DNA from: an uncultured virus (IMG/VR IMGVR_UViG_3300038428_000082)
Taxonomy: Duplodnaviria; Heunggongvirae; Uroviricota; Caudoviricetes
Strand: one strand, 5' to 3'
Virus record (IMG/VR): IMGVR_UViG_3300038428_000082
Length of the DNA: 64,000 nt
The notes under the pieces were generated by a model. That model had not been told where the DNA came from. It saw nothing but the letters and a program-made list of their open reading frames with translations, and searched no databases. Of the stretch, positions 59,351 through 64,000 are shown piece by piece. The position numbers and the translations under genes are program-made. The number at the start of each line of letters is the position of its first letter. Positions within the stretch are counted from its first letter, which is position 1.

Positions 59351-59941
59351 TCAGACGACCCCGGAATAATCTTTGCTTTTATTTCCCGGAACCCAATCCG
59401 CAAATAACCCAAGCTCCCTAACTTTTCGCATTGTATCAGCGATTAGTAACCACGCTTTGTAGGGCATATTTCCTCGAACAATGTTACATCTTGTGCAACA
59501 GGGAATTACGTTACTTTTCAAATGACCCCGCATGTTATCTAATCGGTCCAACCCAATGCGTAGTTCTCTTTGGGTTACTCCACAGTATCGGCAGCCAGTG
59601 GATATAAGAGCAGCTACGTAGTTCCGGTCAAGGTCGCAGGCAAACCCATGGCGTTTATCCCAACTCTTGCAGTCGTTTGTAACATGCCTTGCTTCGCCTT
59701 TATACCTTTGGGTGCTTAGAGTCTGTTTCCTTCGCTCGTAAACCCCCTCGGTCATTCCATGTCGAGGTTTCCAACGTTTGTTATGCTTATTAAAGCAAAT
59801 ACGGCATAGAAATCGGTAATACTTATTCCCATTAGACCAACGTGTTGGGAAGTTCTTACCGTCCTCAGTTAATGCCTTCCCACATTTTTTGCAGATGTGT
59901 GGAAGTCTTACATTCACTCCACCAACTTCTTGACTCTTCAT
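59351..59941 (-). CDS. HNH-like endonuclease
   Basis: CRYCG..GLDRLDN..GH..NVIPCCTRCN. Confidence 0.8.
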   Translation of the reverse strand: MKSQEVGGVNVRLPHICKKCGKALTEDGKNFPTRWSNGNKYYRFLCRICFNKHNKRWKPRHGMTEGVYERRKQTLSTQRYKGEARHVTNDCKSWDKRHGFACDLDRNYVAALISTGCRYCGVTQRELRIGLDRLDNMRGHLKSNVIPCCTRCNIVRGNMPYKAWLLIADTMRKVRELGLFADWVPGNKSKDYSGVV

Positions 59942-59985
59942 ACTAATAGATACTGAAGTCAGAAGATTGGTCGGAGTGATATTTT

Positions 59986-60060
59986 TGGTCGGGGCGAGAG
60001 GATTTGAACCTCCAACGACTTGCTCCCAAAGCAAGTGGGTTACCGTTACCCTACGCCCCG
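59986..60060 (-). tRNA. tRNA-Pro(TGG)
   Basis: CTTGC-TTTGGGA-GCAAG; ACCA end. Confidence 0.9.
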
Positions 60061-60097
60061 GCACAAGTTAGGCCGTTCAGCTACAGCCCGTAAACTT

Positions 60098-60172
60098 TGG
60101 TCAGGTCCGGCAGAGTCGAACTGCCAATCACTAGTCCCCCAGACTAGGGCATTACCATTATGCTAGGACCTG
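60098..60172 (-). tRNA. tRNA-Pro(GGG)
   Basis: CTAGT-CTGGGGG-ACTAG; ACCA end. Confidence 0.88.
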
Positions 60173-60328
60173 ATAATGGAGGTTTGGCAGTACTCCCCCA
60201 GCTAATCAGAGCCAGTACTCGTCAACCTCCAAACGGTGACGGACAATGGGAGGTTTTCACCTCTCGGGCCTCAGCCCACATACTCAAACCGGTTAGCCTT
60301 GCCAGTCCAGTATGCTTCCGCCATAACT

Positions 60329-60403
60329 TGGTAGCTCGCACAGGAATCGAACCTGTGACATCCGCCTTATGAGAGCGGCGTTCTGCCACTGAACTAGCGA
60401 GCC
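60329..60403 (-). tRNA. tRNA-CAT (elongator Met or Ile2)
   Basis: CCGCT-CTCATAA-GGCGG; paired 1:72; ACCA end. Confidence 0.88.
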
Positions 60404-60520
60404 AGAACGTACGTGGTGTTTGGGAGCCATGATGGTTGCGCTGCGCCACACCATGAGTATGTTACCCGACAATTACGCCGCCCAAACAATGGCCTTTTAA
60501 GGGGCACTCACGTACGGCTT

Positions 60521-60595
60521 GAGTTGCATGGGTGGAATCGAACCACCGACCTCCCGGTACCCCGGTCGCTCTTCCGCTGAGCTACAAGACAACCC
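60521..60595 (-). ncRNA. anticodon-less tRNA-like element
   Basis: Normal D and T arms, but the anticodon arm is CCGG-GGTA-CCGG (4-nt loop); elongated acceptor; no CCA. Confidence 0.65.
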
Positions 60596-60600
60596 TAAGA

Positions 60601-60677
60601 TGGTAGCGGGGATGGGAATTGAACCCACCTTTACAGAGCTTATGAGACTCCGAAACTCACCAGAGTTATACCCCGCA
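60601..60677 (-). tRNA. tRNA-Met(CAT), initiator-like
   Basis: TGCGGGG 5' end with 1:72 mismatch; CTCATAA loop; ACCA end. Confidence 0.82.
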
Positions 60678-60730
60678 TCAAACCATACGCTACACCGCAT
60701 ATCTGTTGCTAATACGCTGTAGCGTATCAA

Positions 60731-60806
60731 GGTTGCGGAGGCTGGATTTGAACCAGCGGCCTGTTGGTTATGAGCCAACCGAGCTACCTGACTGCTCTAC
60801 TCCGCT
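60731..60806 (-). tRNA. tRNA-Met(CAT), initiator-like
   Basis: AGCGGAG-TAGAGCAG..GGTAGCTC; A1:A72 mismatch; GTTGG-CTCATAA-CCAAC; ends ACCT. Confidence 0.85.
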
Positions 60807-60812
60807 ATAACT

Positions 60813-60889
60813 TGGTGCCTCCCCAGAGAGTCGAACTCTGTTCTCCCGCTCTTCAGGCGGGCGCTATGCACCGCATCAGCTAAAGAGGC
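60813..60889 (-). tRNA. tRNA-Phe(GAA)
   Basis: CCCGC-CTGAAGA-GCGGG; ACCA end. Confidence 0.88.
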
Positions 60890-60964
60890 AAAACCAAACT
60901 TTCAAACTTCTCGGCATTATCTTGAGAGCACCTTAAGTCCTATAATACGCTCTCAAGAGCATCT

Positions 60965-61040
60965 TGGTGGGTCGGGAGGGAATCGAACCCTCAACCTTGG
61001 GCTTAAGAGGCCCCTGCTCTGCCAGTTAAGCTACCGACCC
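60965..61040 (-). tRNA. tRNA-Lys(CTT)
   Basis: GGGC-CTCTTAA-GCCC; ACCA end. Confidence 0.9.
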
Positions 61041-61045
61041 AAATT

Positions 61046-61122
61046 TGGTACCGCCGAGAGGACTCGAACCTCCAACTCCTCGGGCAAGAGCCGAGTACTC
61101 TGTCCAGTTGAGTTACGGCGGC
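61046..61122 (-). tRNA. tRNA with CTT (Lys) anticodon on an Arg-like body
   Basis: CTCGG-CTCTTGC-CCGAG; D loop AACTGGACA; ACCA end. Confidence 0.8.
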
Positions 61123-61128
61123 ACATCT

Positions 61129-61208
61129 TGGTGGAGCCGGTGGATTGGGTGCCCACGACCGTCCGCTTAAAAGGCGGCTACGCTTAACCACATCTGCGTC
61201 ACGACTCC
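61129..61208 (-). tRNA. tRNA-Lys(TTT) with aberrant T loop
   Basis: CCGC-CTTTTAA-GCGG; T arm GTGG-GCACCCAAT-CCAC; ACCA end. Confidence 0.7.
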
Positions 61209-61214
61209 ATATTT

Positions 61215-61289
61215 TGGCTCTGGAGGAGGGAATCGAACCCCCAACCATTCGGTTAACAGCCGAACGCTCTACCGTTGAGCTACTCCAGA
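61215..61289 (-). tRNA. tRNA-Asn(GTT)
   Basis: TTCGG-CTGTTAA-CCGAA; GCCA end. Confidence 0.9.
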
Positions 61290-61454
61290 AGAAACTGTCT
61301 CCTTCTCAGGCGGATATATAGACGAGTTGTTATGACACATCGTCCCTGAGTGCTCGCCTGAACCATACAACGGCTGGTGCTGTTTGCCCTCACAACCTGC
61401 CAACCAAGGGCGACCCTCATCACACCAGCGACACTCGCTCATACGACCTCAAAC

Positions 61455-61528
61455 TGGCTGGGACGGCAGGACTCGAACCTGCATTCTCCGGGTAACAGCC
61501 GGGCATCTTACCATTGGATGACATCCCA
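61455..61528 (-). tRNA. tRNA-Asn(GTT), Gln-like body
   Basis: CCGG-CTGTTAC-CCGG; TGGGATG 5' end; GCCA end. Confidence 0.82.
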
Positions 61529-61675
61529 ACAAACAGTGACCAGTGACAACCGCCCTCCGCAGGGGCGGGAAGTGCATAGCTGGGGACCTCGCCTGTTCCG
61601 AAGAACTGGTGCCCTGCTTACCACCGAACCCATCAGACTCGCCATCCCTTTGGGTGCGTCACGTGGTCTCAATCT

Positions 61676-61755
61676 TGGAAGCCCCGAGGGGATTTGAACC
61701 CACTGACCTTCGGTTTCGTAGACCGCTGCTCTAGTCCGGGCTGAGCTACGGGGCC
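61676..61755 (-). tRNA. tRNA-Arg(ACG)
   Basis: CGGT-CTACGAA-ACCG; TCCA end. Confidence 0.88.
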
Positions 61756-62162
61756 TCAATCTTGTACCAACCTCTTTCTTTCGCTGTTTTACGACGGTGA
61801 CAGTTGGCGCATCGCACGTCGCACTTAACTATCTCAGCCTTTATCGTCTTTAATGATGCCTTCATTTGTGTCATTAAAGTTGAAACGGCTGCTAATTTCT
61901 TTTCTCCTTCCCGATGGTCAAACTCAAGGACTATCGGGTCAGATTCTCCACAGTCGATACAGGGGTGAGTCATCAAATACTGTAAGACCCACTCTATGGC
62001 TTCTTTCCTATACCTTGCACCATTCCGTTTCGCTTTTTCAACATACGAGGTCTTATTCCTCTCGTAGTTTTGCTTATTGTAGCCTCGCTGGCATTCGAGG
62101 CAGTATGGTGCTGACCGGTGCTCTTTTTCCTTACCACATTTGTAACAGTTCTTAGACCTCAT
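61746..62162 (-). CDS. HNH-like endonuclease whose stop codon lies inside tRNA-Arg(ACG)
   Basis: CIDCG..LEFDH..KCDVRCANCHR. Confidence 0.8.
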   Translation of the reverse strand: MRSKNCYKCGKEKEHRSAPYCLECQRGYNKQNYERNKTSYVEKAKRNGARYRKEAIEWVLQYLMTHPCIDCGESDPIVLEFDHREGEKKLAAVSTLMTQMKASLKTIKAEIVKCDVRCANCHRRKTAKERGWYKIEAP

Positions 62163-62201
62163 ACTAAAGGACTACGAAGTCCAATTACTGTTTTCAAATC
62201 T

Positions 62202-62277
62202 TGGAACCCCTGACAGGATTCGGACCTGCGACCATCCGGGTCGAAACCGGGCGCTCTGTCCACTGAGCTACAGGGGC
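62202..62277 (-). tRNA. tRNA-Arg(TCG)
   Basis: CCGG-TTTCGAC-CCGG; TCCA end. Confidence 0.85.
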
Positions 62278-62283
62278 CTAATC

Positions 62284-62361
62284 TGGAAGTCCCGGTCGGA
62301 TTTTAACCGACGACCTTCTCCTTCGGAGGGAGTTGCTCTATACGGGCTGAGCTACGGGACC
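62284..62361 (-). tRNA. tRNA-Arg(CCG)
   Basis: CTCC-CTCCGAA-GGAG; TCCA end. Confidence 0.82.
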
Positions 62362-62367
62362 ATATAT

Positions 62368-62439
62368 TGGGGTGAATGACGAAGTGGGCTGCCCCCGCCC
62401 CCTCGGACCAGACCGAGTACCCTGTGGGGTTCACTCACC
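62368..62439 (-). ncRNA. His-like tRNA mimic with degenerate loops
   Basis: GGTGAGTG/CATTCACC-CCA acceptor as in tRNA-His; 6-nt loop TCTGGT; no TTC loop. Confidence 0.6.
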
Positions 62440-62444
62440 AAACT

Positions 62445-62519
62445 TGGGGTGACTGAGGGGAATCGAACCCCCGTATCCTGATTCACAGTCAGGCACTCTG
62501 CCACTGAGTTACAGTCACC
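62445..62519 (-). tRNA. tRNA-His(GTG)
   Basis: G-1:C73; CCTGA-CTGTGAA-TCAGG; CCA end. Confidence 0.9.
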
Positions 62520-62574
62520 ATAAACGCAAAAAACCCACCCAAAAACCCATCTTATGACTTCCACTGTCTTTAAT

Positions 62575-62931
62575 ATGGGACAGTGGATTCATAGAATGCT
62601 TTTTGTTAACAAAGAAACTAAAACCGGGCTTTGTGCCGCCTGTGGAGATGTTAAAGTGCGACTCAAAGGTGGTAAGTATCTTTGCCGTAACTCACAAGCC
62701 CGTTGGACTGGAAGGTGTAACTACCCCTCTCATCCATACCGAGATAAGTCAAACCCCCCGAGAGTCTGCGATGAATGCGGCTTTGTTGCTAAATGCTCGT
62801 GCCAGATTGACATCCATCACATTGATGACAACCACGCTAACAATCAGCCAGAGAACCTCCGTCCTCTATGCGTATGTTGTCACCGACTCATTCACTGCAA
62901 GTGCAAAATAAAAAAGCCCACAGAACCTTGA
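62575..62931 (+). CDS. HNH endonuclease, antisense to the tRNA operon
   Basis: CDECG..IDIHHIDDNHANNQPENLRPLCVCCH. Confidence 0.8.
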   Translation: MGQWIHRMLFVNKETKTGLCAACGDVKVRLKGGKYLCRNSQARWTGRCNYPSHPYRDKSNPPRVCDECGFVAKCSCQIDIHHIDDNHANNQPENLRPLCVCCHRLIHCKCKIKKPTEP

Positions 62932-62942
62932 GTTCGGTGGGC
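62905..62942 (-). terminator. attenuator terminator of the tRNA operon
   Basis: GCCCAC-C-GAAC-TCAAG-GTTC-T-GTGGGC-TTTTTTATTTT. Confidence 0.85.
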
Positions 62943-62968
62943 ATCCTTGCACTCTGTTCGCTTTTTCG

Positions 62969-63064
62969 CTATGCGACTCCTGCGAACGGAAGCCCACCGA
63001 AGCTTGGGCGGCTAAAATGCCGCTTAGGCTGCCACTGCATCGGGTTTGGTTTCCTATTTCGCAT
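62969..63064 (-). CDS. leader peptide MRNRKPNPMQWQPKRHFSRPSFGGLPFAGVA
   Basis: GGAGA RBS; codons match the downstream tRNA set; overlaps the antiterminator TTCGGTGGGC (62992-63001). Confidence 0.8.
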   Translation of the reverse strand: MRNRKPNPMQWQPKRHFSRPSFGGLPFAGVA

Positions 63065-63077
63065 GTCTCTCCAAAAC

Positions 63078-63145
63078 TGGTGCCCCTTTCGGGGCGTAAA
63101 ATGGTAGGGGCTTTCGCCCCCTCAAACTGGTGGGCCTTTCGGCCC
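63078..63145 (-). repeat. three GAAA-tetraloop hairpins, each followed by ACCA
   Basis: GGGCC-GAAA-GGCCC-ACCA; GGGGGC-GAAA-GCCCCT-ACCA; GCCCC-GAAA-GGGGC-ACCA. Confidence 0.85.
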
Positions 63146-63248
63146 GGAATCTTGTGAGGCTGACCGGGTAACAATATCGTCCGGCTCCCCGCCTCAATTT
63201 TACCCCTACAAGTATAGGGTCGGTAGTTCGTTTTCTTCCTTCACTTAC

Positions 63249-63258
63249 ATAATACCAC
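63249..63258 (-). promoter_or_regulatory. putative promoter of the tRNA operon
   Basis: CGTGGTATTATGTAAGTG matches the GTGGTATACTGTAAGTG motif seen at 3156. Confidence 0.65.
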
Positions 63259-63509
63259 GGTTTTGGGAGAATATGGGGATTTTTTTAATCGGCCATTTAT
63301 TTACTGTGAACCTAACTTTAGTTCCCGATAACTTGTCTGATTTCCATTGGTTAGCCGTTCAGCCCGTATATCCCCGGTATTACCTCAAGGGCTGTCCAAA
63401 TACTTCCCACCGGTCAACAAACCCGTCACTTCCTTTGTAACCCCGGATAAGCCGATTGGAGTTAATGACCGGATTAGAGTAAAGCGGCATCGTGGGAACC
63501 ATAATGTAT

Positions 63510-63971
63510 TCAGGTTCCCTCCCATGAAATTTCCAACCAAGTATGATACATGTTGTAGGGTGTCTCGGAGCCGCATTCGCCGCCGCTGTTCAAATAAGCG
63601 GCACTGTCATCATGCTCCACCCACCCTTCTTTGACCGTGACTTTGTAGCCGTCTCGGCGTAGCTTGGTGATGATTTTCTTTAGCTCGGCAGCGAACTCAA
63701 AATTCTTGAAAAACTTCTGTTCCCCGGCAAGCGGGCGGTCAGTCCAATTCTCCGTGGATAGCCGGTAGTCTTCAATTTTTGTTATGCCGTCTTTTATACG
63801 GGCGTCAATACGCCATTGAATGTCTTCGAGAGTTTTGGCGTAGTACTCTTTCCGCTTTTTCTCTTCCGCAGCCGCCCGCTGAACCTTGCGCTTGGCGGAC
63901 TCCTCCACTTTCTCCCGAGCAATACGTTCAGCGTTGGTCTCAGCGAGCGCCCTTGCTTCCGCTGCCCTCAT
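63510..63971 (-). CDS. hypothetical protein
   Basis: GAGG RBS; charged helical N-terminus. Confidence 0.6.
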   Translation of the reverse strand: MRAAEARALAETNAERIAREKVEESAKRKVQRAAAEEKKRKEYYAKTLEDIQWRIDARIKDGITKIEDYRLSTENWTDRPLAGEQKFFKNFEFAAELKKIITKLRRDGYKVTVKEGWVEHDDSAAYLNSGGECGSETPYNMYHTWLEISWEGT

Positions 63972-64000
63972 AGCCACTTCCTCTCTTTCCAATGTTTCAC

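Noticed and set aside
63078..63145. Mini CRISPR array
   Set aside because: Units are only about 25 nt with 6-nt spacers, the stems vary, and no cas genes are present.
58700..63200. ORF-track proteins overlapping tRNAs (for example 59071..59412, 60497..60778, 61003..61248, 62866..63174)
   Set aside because: These are incidental frames across structured RNA genes, with no protein motifs.
1..64000. Genome-wide stop-codon reassignment (TGA or TAG)
   Set aside because: Long genes are intact under the standard code, TGA and TAG end many genes with normal overlaps, only one in-frame TGA was seen, and the array has no suppressor tRNA.

Overview
Fragment of a large (jumbo-type) bacteriophage genome. 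It contains: a minus-strand block of large, low-complexity, probably virion-associated proteins (5.7-17.2 kb); nucleotide and RNA-repair genes (T4-like polynucleotide kinase/phosphatase, Rnl1-like RNA ligase, HAD nucleotidase, metallophosphoesterases, peptide deformylase); an SNF2 helicase; an SbcD-like nuclease; about 22 AT-richer free-standing HNH, GIY-YIG or EndoVII endonuclease genes; and a minus-strand tRNA array (56.1-62.5 kb) of 20 tRNAs for only 9 amino acids. The main finding is the leader of that array. It holds a 31-codon uORF (62969-63064) whose first 17 codons are all read by tRNAs of the array, and codons 1-19 sample 15 of its 16 anticodons. The uORF overlaps mutually exclusive antiterminator and terminator helices. 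This looks like a ribosome-stalling attenuator that switches on back-up tRNAs when host tRNAs are depleted. The same region also carries three CCA-ended GAAA microhelices, three tandem circularly permuted anticodon-less tRNA-like units, other tRNA mimics and a ~570-nt structured RNA. All calls were made by eye, with no database search or folding software.
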